IMG/VR virus record: IMGVR_UViG_3300034965_000040
Coordinates: 1-29,884 of that record
Reading direction: 5' to 3' (one strand)
Length of the DNA stretch: 29,884 bases
From: a virus
Lineage: Duplodnaviria > Caudoviricetes
Positions 17,201 to 25,096 of this stretch are shown here, piece by piece. Within the stretch, counting starts at the first letter, position 1. Every line of letters begins with the position of its first letter. The notes beneath the pieces are model-generated. The model saw only the letters and a list, made by a program, of their open reading frames with translations. It ran no database searches and was not told the DNA's origin. Position numbers and translations under genes: made by a program.

Positions 17201-17606
17201 TGCGCAGCTTCTTGATCTGCTCATCGCCCATCGCCATGGCCGCATTCAACGACTGCTGCGCATTGAGCTGCTTCCCATCGCCATCCACGAGCTTCGCCTG
17301 GGCGGTGATCAGCGCACCGATGCCCAGCTTCGCATTCTCGATCTGCGCGAGGAAGTCCACGCCGATATGGGCCGTTGCCCCGAGCGACTGGAGGCCCTTG
17401 AAAGCCACCCAGAACGCGGAGAAACGGCCAATCATATCGCGCAGCGTGGATCGGAACGACTGAGCCGACGTGTTCGCCTGATCGAAGCTGGTCTTACCCG
17501 CCTGGCCTACGCCCTGCAGACCCGTGACCACCTTCCGCAATTCCGCCTGAAGCTGCGCGGTATCGGCCATCAGCTTGAGTTGAACGGCAAGCTGTTCGTT
17601 GGCCAT
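14214..17606 (-). CDS. Tail tape measure protein (1130 aa)
   Basis: Long Ala/Leu helical protein with hydrophobic segments, after the chaperone genes; C-terminal AANGAWFDKPTLTVMGE..ELAVP motif typical of TMPs. Confidence 0.93.
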   Translation of the reverse strand: MANEQLAVQLKLMADTAQLQAELRKVVTGLQGVGQAGKTSFDQANTSAQSFRSTLRDMIGRFSAFWVAFKGLQSLGATAHIGVDFLAQIENAKLGIGALITAQAKLVDGDGKQLNAQQSLNAAMAMGDEQIKKLRISGLQTAATTEQLVSAYQDAVGGGLRAGMSLDQIRVLTVQTVQAAGAMGVPMNQLNQEIRSILDGTIDRNSRVAIRLGITNAEVTQWRNAGTLFENLNKKMGAFTEAGKESMNNWTVILSNIQEATQILMGDIMRNPFGELKAALNDVLMTIVDVKTANISKEMANIVAMGQDLAKYFGQALVAALNFSIQLLRDLADWWVANRNGVNGFIETLKGLIGGVLSGLWSLLVVVVKLFADLAAWLGTTSEGFRAAAITALVFVGVVKGMAATQAAATVALAASSDAVMGLGMGAAKASSSLSSYTAGIVGMFNPVVLVTAAIAALAVAVIYLAGAEERAHKAKMERNKENASRVSEYQRMAKDYLAQLDAIKASKKPTEDLEEEYARLADTRKALSQAFPELAAVLHDETLGRKAVVDLLGAENKGLIDSLRTKRDLLETTLATKNAEIGAEVAGGPQLDMSGSSQGWEAGLAKMELQAKRAAQELEQVNKQLSDLNKPIDADKINLIPNKRALTEAELAKIHQKENEQRELASILEASALRLLERKSLEEQKILAVRREEKKLADELRRIDAMKLMPKAEKDKAKDQLEKDSANVVLRIREEFAEKMETEEANFQTKLGIITDEGWDKKEKSLKQALAKAIAMHEEANGLVKGSYKLSAEEQIAWNKMLSDTKAQTQLKDFERLEKSWAMEKKLRREMTPEEEIVAMKAWAEANGFAAAAIDRMTAALQVNVDKRADWLGGWREGITSWLTQATDSFAQFKTLATTMLNGTQQAFTSFFASIFKSGQTGAQKWDALWKGLVGVVIQAGATMAANWLMTALVGSAVTKTALAQSGAKTAAYLTEGAAGAWAAYGWIPFIGAGLAEAQIVAMGISVAAAGMLGSAAAVSYSGAADPNDFSSATGAANGAWFDKPTLTVMGEGMQRELAVPEVSFMSWAGNFAQNLLRQEREAPAAAGGAPLPPMQFYFGHVLGESAESARIIGDKVWGVLDERQRRKA

Positions 17607-17615
17607 CGGCGGCTC

Positions 17616-17957
17616 CTAACTTTCGTCGAATTCAGGGGGCGGGGGCGCTTTCTCGACATTCGCGTAGCGCCCTTGGCAACCGGACCACACGAGCATCTTG
17701 AACTGCCAGCGTTCGATCTTCTTGCGCCGGGCTATCTGAGTCGCTTCCGCGAGCGCTTGCCAGTAGGGCATTTCCCCGAATTCGAACCAGTGACGGCCTG
17801 TAGCCTGGGCTAGGTAGGTGGTAACAGGGAAATCCCCAGCCCCAGGGATTTCATCGAGCGCTCCATCACTTCCATCTTCAGCCGGAGCATCATCTCGTCG
17901 GGCATGCCCGCAGACTTCAGGATAGAGTTCTGGTAGCGCTCGTGCTGCCCGAAAAAA
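17616..17957 (-). CDS. -1 frame extension of the tail assembly chaperone (gpGT-like)
   Basis: T TTT TTC slippery heptamer at 17957-17951; the -1 frame is open to TAG at 17618-17616, just before the TMP start. Confidence 0.8.
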   Translation of the reverse strand, partial: FFRAARALPELYPEVCGHARRDDAPAEDGSDGALDEIPGAGDFPVTTYLAQATGRHWFEFGEMPYWQALAEATQIARRKKIERWQFKMLVWSGCQGRYANVEKAPPPPEFDES

Positions 17958-18175
17958 TCGGCCAGCACTTCGGATACCTCCGTGCTTGGAAGATCCTCAG
18001 CCTCTTCGAGCTTGGGGGCCAGCACGTCCTCGCCTTCCGTACGGAGCCTGCGCAGTTCGGAAGGCGTGCAGAGGTAGATGGCCACGATGCGGGTGGCCAC
18101 TCCTTCCTCGGCAATCTTCGCGAGGAAGGGAGTGGCCGATTCCATGTGGATCAGACTGAGCGGTTTGGCTTGCAT
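17810..18175 (-). CDS. Tail assembly chaperone (gpG-like)
   Basis: Between tail tube and TMP; AAGGAG SD; ADFF slippery motif. Confidence 0.85.
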   Translation of the reverse strand: MQAKPLSLIHMESATPFLAKIAEEGVATRIVAIYLCTPSELRRLRTEGEDVLAPKLEEAEDLPSTEVSEVLADFFGQHERYQNSILKSAGMPDEMMLRLKMEVMERSMKSLGLGISLLPPT

Positions 18176-18198
18176 GGATTCTCCTTGGTGATGCTTGT

Positions 18199-18246
18199 CC
18201 AGAGAAACGGGCGCAGGCTCGTGAGAGACTTCGCCCGTTTCTCTGG
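18199..18246. promoter_or_regulatory. 15-bp perfect inverted repeat after the tail tube gene
   Basis: CCAGAGAAACGGGCG ... CGCCCGTTTCTCTGG, no U-tract. Confidence 0.75.
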
Positions 18247-18254
18247 CCTTTGGG

Positions 18255-18917
18255 TTAGCTCGCGGCGGCGGTGACGCGATCCTCGATCCAGTAGACCGGA
18301 CGGCCCGTGTCGGGGTTCGCGAGCAAGGAGCTGCCGATGGCGCTGACCTTGAGCTTGGCCTGGCGCACGGCCTTCTTGGACAGCTCGTAGTCCGTGTCCA
18401 CCTCGAAGACCGCGAAGGGGATCAGGACATGCTCGAATTCTCCGGGGAACTTCTTGGACGGGTACTGGTACATCACCGTGTAGGTGAGGGGATACGCCTC
18501 TCCGCCAAGGCCCACCGTCTTGCGGCCCGCTTTGCCGGTAGCCGCGGCGAACGTGAGCAGCGCAGCAGCCGTGCCGGAGAGCATTTCGGAGAGCTTGTCC
18601 GCGCTGAGATCGGCAATGGTGACTTCCGCTTCCGCCAGGAGATGCTGGTAGCCCACCGGGTAGGGCGGCCCATCCCCCGGCTCGAAATTGACCGCTTCCT
18701 GCTTCAACTTCGCCTTGAACCCGTCGGCGGTGATCGCAGCCCACGGAGTATCCGCAGTCAGCGCCTTGCGGGTATCCCCCGACACGTAGAACTTCTGGAA
18801 CAGCTCGTCGATCTTCAGCGCAAAGGTCGCGCCGGATAGCGTGGTGGGGGCCAACGCAAGGAAGAGACGACCGGGGGCCGTCTGAATGAGCGTGCTGTCG
18901 ATGGTCGAAATGGCCAT
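18255..18917 (-). CDS. Major tail tube protein
   Basis: AGGAG SD, strong codon bias, 220 aa beta-rich (TAPGRLFLA...), directly upstream of the chaperone. Confidence 0.8.
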   Translation of the reverse strand: MAISTIDSTLIQTAPGRLFLALAPTTLSGATFALKIDELFQKFYVSGDTRKALTADTPWAAITADGFKAKLKQEAVNFEPGDGPPYPVGYQHLLAEAEVTIADLSADKLSEMLSGTAAALLTFAAATGKAGRKTVGLGGEAYPLTYTVMYQYPSKKFPGEFEHVLIPFAVFEVDTDYELSKKAVRQAKLKVSAIGSSLLANPDTGRPVYWIEDRVTAAAS

Positions 18918-18920
18918 GGC

Positions 18921-19130
18921 CTACTCCTGCGATTTGAGGGGGACGTTGAGAGGAACGACGGTCTTGTTCTCCGTGACCTCCACACCTTCCACGGTGCGGA
19001 AATACACGGCCTGCTCTTTGGTGATGGGAGTGGGGGCACCGCCCGCCTCCAACTCGATGCGTTCGGTGATCGAATCATCCGCGCCGCGATTGAAAATCTG
19101 CGTGTTGGTCGTGCTCTTCGCGAAGAACAT
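18921..19130 (-). CDS. Small hypothetical tail-region protein (69 aa)
   Basis: GGGAG SD; fills the gap before the tube gene. Confidence 0.7.
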   Translation of the reverse strand: MFFAKSTTNTQIFNRGADDSITERIELEAGGAPTPITKEQAVYFRTVEGVEVTENKTVVPLNVPLKSQE

Positions 19131-19142
19131 AACGCTCCCTTT

Positions 19143-19625
19143 TCAGATTGGATTTCCCAGGTAGTATACCCGAAAAAGCAGGCCCGCGGCGCAGTAAACC
19201 TGCCTGCCCGCAAAAGATTGATACTGCACTCGGTCCAGCTCCATGCGGTCACTACGGCCCCCGAGCCGTTCATCGCTCAGCAGCACCGAACACACGTAAT
19301 CCACATATGGGTCCAGGAACTTGTCTGGGGCACCGTCCAGATCCGCAGGCGGGGCCACGACCCGTGCCTCCACCCACACCCACGCACAACGCCGGTATAC
19401 CTTCTCACTCGGCGAAGCCTGCGGCTGCGAATCGTCCTCCGAATTCTCGACGACCACAACCACGAAAGTCGGGAGCGAATCGTCATCAAGCGAAAGCGAT
19501 GCACTGCGATGCGCAGGAAGAATACCCGGAATGGGCAGCAGCGGAGGACTGGCTGCAGGCAAGCCAGCATCAAGCCTCGAAATTACTTCAAGGACAATGG
19601 CTTCCTGCCCCGTCACGTAGCTCAT
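19143..19625 (-). CDS. Tail terminator / completion protein (gpU-like)
   Basis: ATGA-coupled; LPTFVVVV..SED, LD.YVD.VCSVLLSD.RLGG, terminal FRVYY pattern; position. Confidence 0.7.
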   Translation of the reverse strand: MSYVTGQEAIVLEVISRLDAGLPAASPPLLPIPGILPAHRSASLSLDDDSLPTFVVVVVENSEDDSQPQASPSEKVYRRCAWVWVEARVVAPPADLDGAPDKFLDPYVDYVCSVLLSDERLGGRSDRMELDRVQYQSFAGRQVYCAAGLLFRVYYLGNPI

Positions 19626-19936
19626 GCGTCCCTCAACCAAACGCGCATGGTGCGCCCGTCCGCTTCGATGTTCGTGTAGTTCACGTAGCGCGCCACCCCG
19701 TCCACCGTGATTGGATCGTTGCGCTTAGGCGGCACTGGAAACTTGTGCCTCAGAATCAGCACCGAGGCCACACTTACCGTCACTTCGCTGCGCTGTGACG
19801 GGAACGTATGGTCCTCGGTTGACTGGTCCAAAATCCCCTTCGGATTCGGCGTTACCCCCCCGAACACGATCTCGACACCAAAATCGTCGAAAAAAGTGTC
19901 CAGGTCGCCATCGCCAAAGTCGTTGGGGTATGCCAC
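19622..19936 (-). CDS. Head-tail joining protein (gpFII-like)
   Basis: DLDTFFDDFG..GILD..D.ITVDG..Y.V..DG..RVWL pattern; position after the capsid genes. Confidence 0.75.
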   Translation of the reverse strand: MAYPNDFGDGDLDTFFDDFGVEIVFGGVTPNPKGILDQSTEDHTFPSQRSEVTVSVASVLILRHKFPVPPKRNDPITVDGVARYVNYTNIEADGRTMRVWLRDA

Positions 19937-19939
19937 GGG

Positions 19940-20317
19940 CTACCCCTTTTCCTGCAGCGCCTCGATGGTGGCCCACTGGTCATCGGTGCGTTCGGCCTCG
20001 GGAATGGCCAACAGCGCAGCCAGCATGGCCTTCTGCTCGGCCTTGGTGGGCTTCTTGCCCTTGGGGGCCTTGGCCTCCGGCACGACCTCTTCGAGGTTCG
20101 CACCCTTGCCCATGTCCTCCACCAGTCCGATGACCTCTCCGGCCTTGAATTCCAGCGTGTCCAGGGCCTCGTAGAGGTCCGCTTCGCCCTCCACCGGCTG
20201 AAGGGGGCGGGAAAGGAGCTGCGCCTGCGTGAGGACCACGTAGGTGCCCCTGGGGAGCACGGCTTTGAAGCCCGTCACCCGGTAGAACTTGACGACTGCG
20301 ATCTCTTCGGATGGCAT
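19940..20317 (-). CDS. Head-associated protein downstream of capsid (gpFI-position, 125 aa)
   Basis: GGAGG SD before ATG 20317; the longer track start lies upstream of a terminator-like hairpin. Confidence 0.7.
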   Translation of the reverse strand: MPSEEIAVVKFYRVTGFKAVLPRGTYVVLTQAQLLSRPLQPVEGEADLYEALDTLEFKAGEVIGLVEDMGKGANLEEVVPEAKAPKGKKPTKAEQKAMLAALLAIPEAERTDDQWATIEALQEKG

Positions 20318-20329
20318 TGGAGCCTCCAT

Positions 20330-20358
20330 GAAGAAGGGGACCCCGGAAGGCCCCCTTC
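20330..20358 (-). terminator. Terminator-like hairpin after the major capsid gene
   Basis: Minus strand GAAGGGGGCC-TTCC-GGGGTCCCCTTC-TTC; weak U-tract. Confidence 0.6.
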
Positions 20359-20386
20359 GGGTTGCGATCATTGTAGTGCCGACCTA

Positions 20387-21331
20387 TTAGGTGAACGTGG
20401 TCAGCATTGCGCCCTGCCAGACGGACAGGCCGAAGTTCATGGTGCGGTTCACCCCGTAGAGATGCCGCTTGTTCTTGAACTCCTCTTCGGAGCCCTCGGC
20501 GAGAGCCGACACCTGGGTGTCCACCTCCACCTGCTTGACGAAGGGCTTGAGCACCGCATCCGACCGGAAGACGGCGAACTTGGTGGTCCAGGTCAGCCGG
20601 GGGTTGACTTCGAGGCTGAAGCCGAGGCCGCCGATGCTTCCCACCGCCTTGATGCTGTTCGTGGTGCTCTGGCCGCCGACGAGCAGGATGTCGGAACCCA
20701 GTGCAGCAGCCGCAGCCCTCATGAAGGGCACGGGCACCATGACCGTGAAGTTCTTCGCGGAGCCGTTGATGGGCTCGTTCTGGTCGTCCTTGAGGCCATA
20801 CATAGCCTGCACCGCCGCCAGGATGGCATCGCCCATTTCCCCGGCCGTGGGAGCCGTGGTGGACACGCTGTCGTAGGTGATGGAATTGCTCTGGGTGGCA
20901 CTGTCCCCTTCCTGGTGATCGGTGTCGAAGAAGTACTGCCCGTCGTAGCAGGGCAGGCCGTCCGCGGCGTTGATCAGGGCGGAGAGGAGCTGGGCGTCGT
21001 GGGTGTTGGCGCGTTCCACGAGCTGGCTGATCTTCATCTGAATCTGGCCGGTCTTGTCCCGACGGAGCCAGTCGGTGGGGATTTCCAGCGTGGCCTCGAA
21101 GTCCTTGTTGGGCACCGAGTAGTTGTTTTCGCGGATGGTCTTCGGCTGGCGACCACCGATCCACTGACGCATGTTGGGCGCGGAGCCCAGCCACACGTAT
21201 TTCTCGGAATCGCGGTCGCTGTCCACGCGGTTGCTCAGGGCTTCGACGTAGCCCGCGGGAGGAGCATCGAGCCCGCCCACGATCAGCGCGATGATGTCCT
21301 GGCTCTGGAGATTGTTGATAACGCTCGGCAT
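20387..21331 (-). CDS. Major capsid protein, Mu gpT-like family
   Basis: EKYVWLGSAPNMRQWIGGR..NYSVPNKDFEATLEI..DKTG; CYDGQYFFDTDH; terminal YGV..NFGLSVWQ. Confidence 0.92.
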   Translation of the reverse strand: MPSVINNLQSQDIIALIVGGLDAPPAGYVEALSNRVDSDRDSEKYVWLGSAPNMRQWIGGRQPKTIRENNYSVPNKDFEATLEIPTDWLRRDKTGQIQMKISQLVERANTHDAQLLSALINAADGLPCYDGQYFFDTDHQEGDSATQSNSITYDSVSTTAPTAGEMGDAILAAVQAMYGLKDDQNEPINGSAKNFTVMVPVPFMRAAAAALGSDILLVGGQSTTNSIKAVGSIGGLGFSLEVNPRLTWTTKFAVFRSDAVLKPFVKQVEVDTQVSALAEGSEEEFKNKRHLYGVNRTMNFGLSVWQGAMLTTFT

Positions 21332-21343
21332 TTGAGGGCTCCT

Positions 21344-21739
21344 TTACACGACGGGCGCGAGGAATTCGACAGCGGCCTTCGTGCTGGAAACCAGCCGACG
21401 GATCTTGCCGATGAGGGAGTTGCTGGTGGCCACCAGAGTGAAAGTGGCGTCGTCGGAGGCGTAGACGCTCGTGCCCACGGGGGTGTTGGCCGCGAGGGTG
21501 GCCACGGTCAGCACGATGCTGCCGCGGTCCTTGAAGCGAACGTTGATGTCGCCCGCGGCCTGGTCCGCCGAGTCGATGGCGAAGCCGGCGAACTTGTCGG
21601 CGGCCACGAGGGGGCGTACGGTGTTGTTGCCGGTGTAGCCCAGGGCAGCGCCGAGATAGACCTTGGCGCTGGCGGTCAGGGGGGCTTCGCCGATGTCACC
21701 GATTTCGTACACGGGAGACGCGTTCTTCGTGAGGGCCAT
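21344..21739 (-). CDS. Capsid decoration / cement protein
   Basis: Between protease and MCP; KVYLGAALG..FAGFA..VGTSVYASDDATF..IGKI. Confidence 0.75.
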   Translation of the reverse strand: MALTKNASPVYEIGDIGEAPLTASAKVYLGAALGYTGNNTVRPLVAADKFAGFAIDSADQAAGDINVRFKDRGSIVLTVATLAANTPVGTSVYASDDATFTLVATSNSLIGKIRRLVSSTKAAVEFLAPVV

Positions 21740-21751
21740 GTGGGTCTCTCC

Positions 21752-22288
21752 TTACTTCTTGTTCAGGTTGGGGGAATAGGCCCGCACGCGGCCCGTGGCG
21801 ACGAGATCCGCCCGGAGGGCTTCGGCCTTCTCGTACTTGGCGAAGTCGTTGCTGTAGAGCTTGCGGAGGGATTCGTTGCTGTTCCAACGCGCCTTGAGGT
21901 CCGTCTCTTCGGTCACGTCGTCCTTGCCCACGGTCTTCAGCGGCTTGACCGCTTCGTCCGTGGCGATCAGTGCTTCTGCGGCCCGGCGCTTCTTCTCCTC
22001 GCCGGACATTGCCAGCGCGGCATCGCCAGGCGTGGTCTTGCCGTCGAGCGCGAGGGTCATGGCCAGGTCTTCGTATCCGGGCAGCGCGGCTTCCAGCACG
22101 CCCTTGACGCGGGCAGTCTCCGCGGCGGTAATCTCCGCGTTGGCCGCTTCCGCTTCCGCTTTGTGCTTGCCTGGGTCGAACTTCTTGCCGCAATCGGGGC
22201 ACATGACCATGCCCCCACCCGCAGCGCCCAGATCCAGCGCAGCCTGGAACACCTCGGGGTGCTCAGCCTTGAGGGTATCGATGTTCAT
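21752..22288 (-). CDS. Nested scaffolding protein (Nu3-like internal start)
   Basis: In-frame ATG with AAGGGA SD after the protease domain; MNIDTLKAEHPEVF..AETARVKGV. Confidence 0.7.
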   Translation of the reverse strand: MNIDTLKAEHPEVFQAALDLGAAGGGMVMCPDCGKKFDPGKHKAEAEAANAEITAAETARVKGVLEAALPGYEDLAMTLALDGKTTPGDAALAMSGEEKKRRAAEALIATDEAVKPLKTVGKDDVTEETDLKARWNSNESLRKLYSNDFAKYEKAEALRADLVATGRVRAYSPNLNKK

Positions 22289-23149
22289 AGTTGGTCCCTT
22301 CTTCATGTTGGGTTTCTTGGGTTTCTTGCTCATCACGATGTTGTCCAGCGAGGAAATACCATCCACGAGACCCGCCGTGATTGCATCCTGGCCCATGAAC
22401 AACCGTCCATCGGCCATCTGATCGTGAACCTGTTCGGCAGAAAGAGCACCACGGTTTCGGCCCACATCAGCCAAAAACACCCCGTAGATCCCGTCCACAC
22501 GATCCTGAATCGACTGAAACCCCTCTTCGCTGAGAGGTGCGTGGGAACTGTCGATCCGCTTGAACTTCCCTGCGGTGACATCGGTGTAGACCTCGCCATC
22601 TTTCGCTTCTGCTCCGCTGCGGTCCACATGGGTGGCGACCACGCCAATGGACCCCACGAACGCGGTTTCGTCGCGCAAGAAAATCTGGTCCGCAGCCGAG
22701 GCGATCCAATAAGCTGCGGATGCCGCAAGGCCATCCACCCAGGCCACAATGGGCTTGGTCCCCCGCGCTGCGAAGATCATGTCCCCGATGGCTTTGGTGC
22801 CGTCCACGGAGCCGCCAGGACTGTCCACCATCAGGATGACGCGTTCCACTGTGGGATCGCTCATGGCCTGCTGGAACTGCTGCGCCAAGGCCTCCGTGCT
22901 GGTTCCCCCGGAGATGTCGTGCAGCAGACTGATGCGCTTGGAAATGACCCCTTCCACCGGAATCAGGGCATCTCCGTTCACCACTTCGAACGACTTCTGA
23001 TTGCCCAAAGGCCGTCCGATCTTCGCCTCCAGGCCCTTCAAGTCGATCTTGTCACCCTTCAAGTGCAACTTATAGATGGAATCCATCTCGTGCTTCTTGT
23101 CGAGCTGGATTGCCCAAGGCTCATTTAGAACCGACAGGATCGAGGACAC
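21752..23149 (-). CDS. Prohead protease, S49/SppA family (lambda gpC-like), fused to scaffold
   Basis: VDSPGGSV, AASAAYWIASAAD, VGSIGV, AGKFK, GLVDGI. Confidence 0.95.
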   Translation of the reverse strand: MSSILSVLNEPWAIQLDKKHEMDSIYKLHLKGDKIDLKGLEAKIGRPLGNQKSFEVVNGDALIPVEGVISKRISLLHDISGGTSTEALAQQFQQAMSDPTVERVILMVDSPGGSVDGTKAIGDMIFAARGTKPIVAWVDGLAASAAYWIASAADQIFLRDETAFVGSIGVVATHVDRSGAEAKDGEVYTDVTAGKFKRIDSSHAPLSEEGFQSIQDRVDGIYGVFLADVGRNRGALSAEQVHDQMADGRLFMGQDAITAGLVDGISSLDNIVMSKKPKKPNMKKGPTMNIDTLKAEHPEVFQAALDLGAAGGGMVMCPDCGKKFDPGKHKAEAEAANAEITAAETARVKGVLEAALPGYEDLAMTLALDGKTTPGDAALAMSGEEKKRRAAEALIATDEAVKPLKTVGKDDVTEETDLKARWNSNESLRKLYSNDFAKYEKAEALRADLVATGRVRAYSPNLNKK

Positions 23150-23172
23150 AGGAACTCCGGGGTGGTGACTGC

Positions 23173-23201
23173 ATTATGCCACGACAAGCGGCGTATATCA
23201 A
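23173..23201 (-). promoter_or_regulatory. Sigma70-type promoter for the head genes
   Basis: Minus strand TTGATA, 17 nt, CATAAT with extended -10 TG, in the portal-protease gap. Confidence 0.75.
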
Positions 23202-24854
23202 CTATTCCTTTGCCGGCGGTGCGGGGGGCACTGGCGGCTCCCTCACCGGAGGGGGCGGGGGCGTCGGGGGCACTGCACCAGGGGACAACAGCCCCGCTGC
23301 AGTGCGCAGCTCGGCGATCTTGGTGATGCGGGCATGCTTCTCCATGTAGGTGCTGCCCGTGGCGGCCAGCGACTCCTCGTCCAGGTCCGTGACGCCTGTT
23401 TCCAGGCGGATCTTCGCGGCGTTGGCGTCCTTGAGCGCATCCAACGAACCCGGCTCCTCGCCGATCCACGCGGAGCCCAGATAGGCCATGCGCAGCGCGG
23501 CATCCTCGAAGTAGCCCGGAGCCTTGATGCGGCCCGCGCTCACGGCCTCATCCATGAACCGCTCGTAGACAGGCTGGCAGAAGTTTTTGGCGATCCACGT
23601 TCGGCGGGAACGGTAGAACCTCCACGCCTGGAGGATCGCGGCCTTCGACGCGGAGTAGCTGCTGCTGAAGTGCATCACCAGCATTTCGTAGGGCAGGTTC
23701 AAGCCCACCGCGATCTTCTTCAAGATCGCCTGCACGAACGGATCGAACTTGTCGTTTGGCCGACCGGGATTAGCCGTGGAGATCGTGGTGTCTTCCGGCA
23801 CCTCCACCACCGCGCCCGTGCCCAGCTTCAGCTCGTTTTCGTCCGTGTTTGCTCCACCGCCGTCGTCATCCGCGTCCCAATTGATCGGCGGAAGGCCCTT
23901 GCCCGACTTCGACGAAACGAACACCGTGAAATAGGCAGAGACCACCGCGGCGGTCAGCTCGGCGTCGCTGTATTTGTCCAACGTGTGGAAGAGGTCGATG
24001 ACGGGTGCGAGGTAACTGATCCCGCGCGTCTGGTCGTACCAATCGGCGCATAGGAGATGGAACACTTGCCGCTTGCCGCTCTGTTCTCCGAAAGCGGGAT
24101 AGCGCGTGAACTTTTTCTTCGCCAACGCCATGTCGTCCGGCGCTTCGTTGCTGAAGTGATACGCCACGGGGTCCAGGTATTCGCCCAGCTCCACACCACC
24201 CACGATCCCGCCGGCACCGTATTTCGTGGGCGATGCGGGGGGATTTTCGCAGCGATCCGCAAGCACGAGCTGGATGGCCGTCTTGTAGAGCCGGCCCTTC
24301 CGTTCGATCTGCGGGAGCATGAAGAAGCAGTCCCCGTCCACGAACGCAGCGAACCCAGCGAGGTTCTGCATGTCGGCGAAATCGAACTTTCGCGACACGT
24401 CCACGTCCTTGGAGTTGGCGAAGAGCGCGAATTCAGCTTCCGTTTTCTTCTGCCACTTCAGCGCCTTCGCTTCGTCCCACTTCAGCGTCTCATAGTCCAC
24501 CCGGCTCTGCAAACGCAGTCCCGCGCCTACGATGGCGACCATGTTGTTCGTGACCGCGCCGCGCGCGAACGCATCATTGCGGACCAGATACCGTGCGCGG
24601 CTCATCATCTTCATGCGCGGCTTGGCCACCCCCATCTGGCCCATGCCCTCCGCACTGCGATCCGCCCCCCGCAGCCGCGTCACCCACGAGCGCAACGAAT
24701 TCTTGCGCCCACTGGCCCCCTGGAAGTCTTCCCCCACGGAAGTGGCAGCGGAAATGGCCGTGCGCGCCTGCGCCTGCTGAAGGGCCTTGCGCGGATTCCA
24801 TACGGCCACCAGGCGGTCGTAGACATTGAGCTGTAGCTGAGGCCGCATGATCAC
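23202..24854 (-). CDS. Portal protein, lambda gpB family
   Basis: RARYLVRND..A, DGDCF, GGVEL..PVAYH, QTRGISYLAPV, GLNLPYEML..FS.SYSASKA. Confidence 0.96.
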   Translation of the reverse strand: MIMRPQLQLNVYDRLVAVWNPRKALQQAQARTAISAATSVGEDFQGASGRKNSLRSWVTRLRGADRSAEGMGQMGVAKPRMKMMSRARYLVRNDAFARGAVTNNMVAIVGAGLRLQSRVDYETLKWDEAKALKWQKKTEAEFALFANSKDVDVSRKFDFADMQNLAGFAAFVDGDCFFMLPQIERKGRLYKTAIQLVLADRCENPPASPTKYGAGGIVGGVELGEYLDPVAYHFSNEAPDDMALAKKKFTRYPAFGEQSGKRQVFHLLCADWYDQTRGISYLAPVIDLFHTLDKYSDAELTAAVVSAYFTVFVSSKSGKGLPPINWDADDDGGGANTDENELKLGTGAVVEVPEDTTISTANPGRPNDKFDPFVQAILKKIAVGLNLPYEMLVMHFSSSYSASKAAILQAWRFYRSRRTWIAKNFCQPVYERFMDEAVSAGRIKAPGYFEDAALRMAYLGSAWIGEEPGSLDALKDANAAKIRLETGVTDLDEESLAATGSTYMEKHARITKIAELRTAAGLLSPGAVPPTPPPPPVREPPVPPAPPAKE

Positions 24855-25096
24855 ACCACCAGTCGCTTGATCTTGATGCCCGTTCCGCCCGACTCTCGCG
24901 CTGTTGCTTCGGCCAACTCACCCTTGAGCCAGTCGATGGTGTTCCGCACTTCAGGTAGATCAGCCCGCTTGAGCTGACGGCCGTTGCGAATTCCGCCGAT
25001 GGTGTACTCCTGACCCCTCATCAACGCGGTCAGTGCGGCATACCACCCATCCAATTGAAGCGTGACTTCGGCCACCGTCAGCAATCCCGACATCAC
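24851..25096 (-). CDS. Head completion protein (gpW position)
   Basis: 81 aa between TerL and portal; GQEYTIG..RQLKRADL.EV pattern. Confidence 0.8.
   Translation of the reverse strand: MMSGLLTVAEVTLQLDGWYAALTALMRGQEYTIGGIRNGRQLKRADLPEVRNTIDWLKGELAEATARESGGTGIKIKRLVV

Noticed and set aside
15639-17813. 724-aa + strand ORF
   Set aside because: Antisense shadow of the tape measure gene; His/Arg/Leu-rich composition typical of reverse frames in GC-rich coding DNA; no motifs.
20462-23128. 888-aa + strand ORF
   Set aside because: Antisense to capsid, decoration and protease genes with strong codon bias; no SD or domain evidence.
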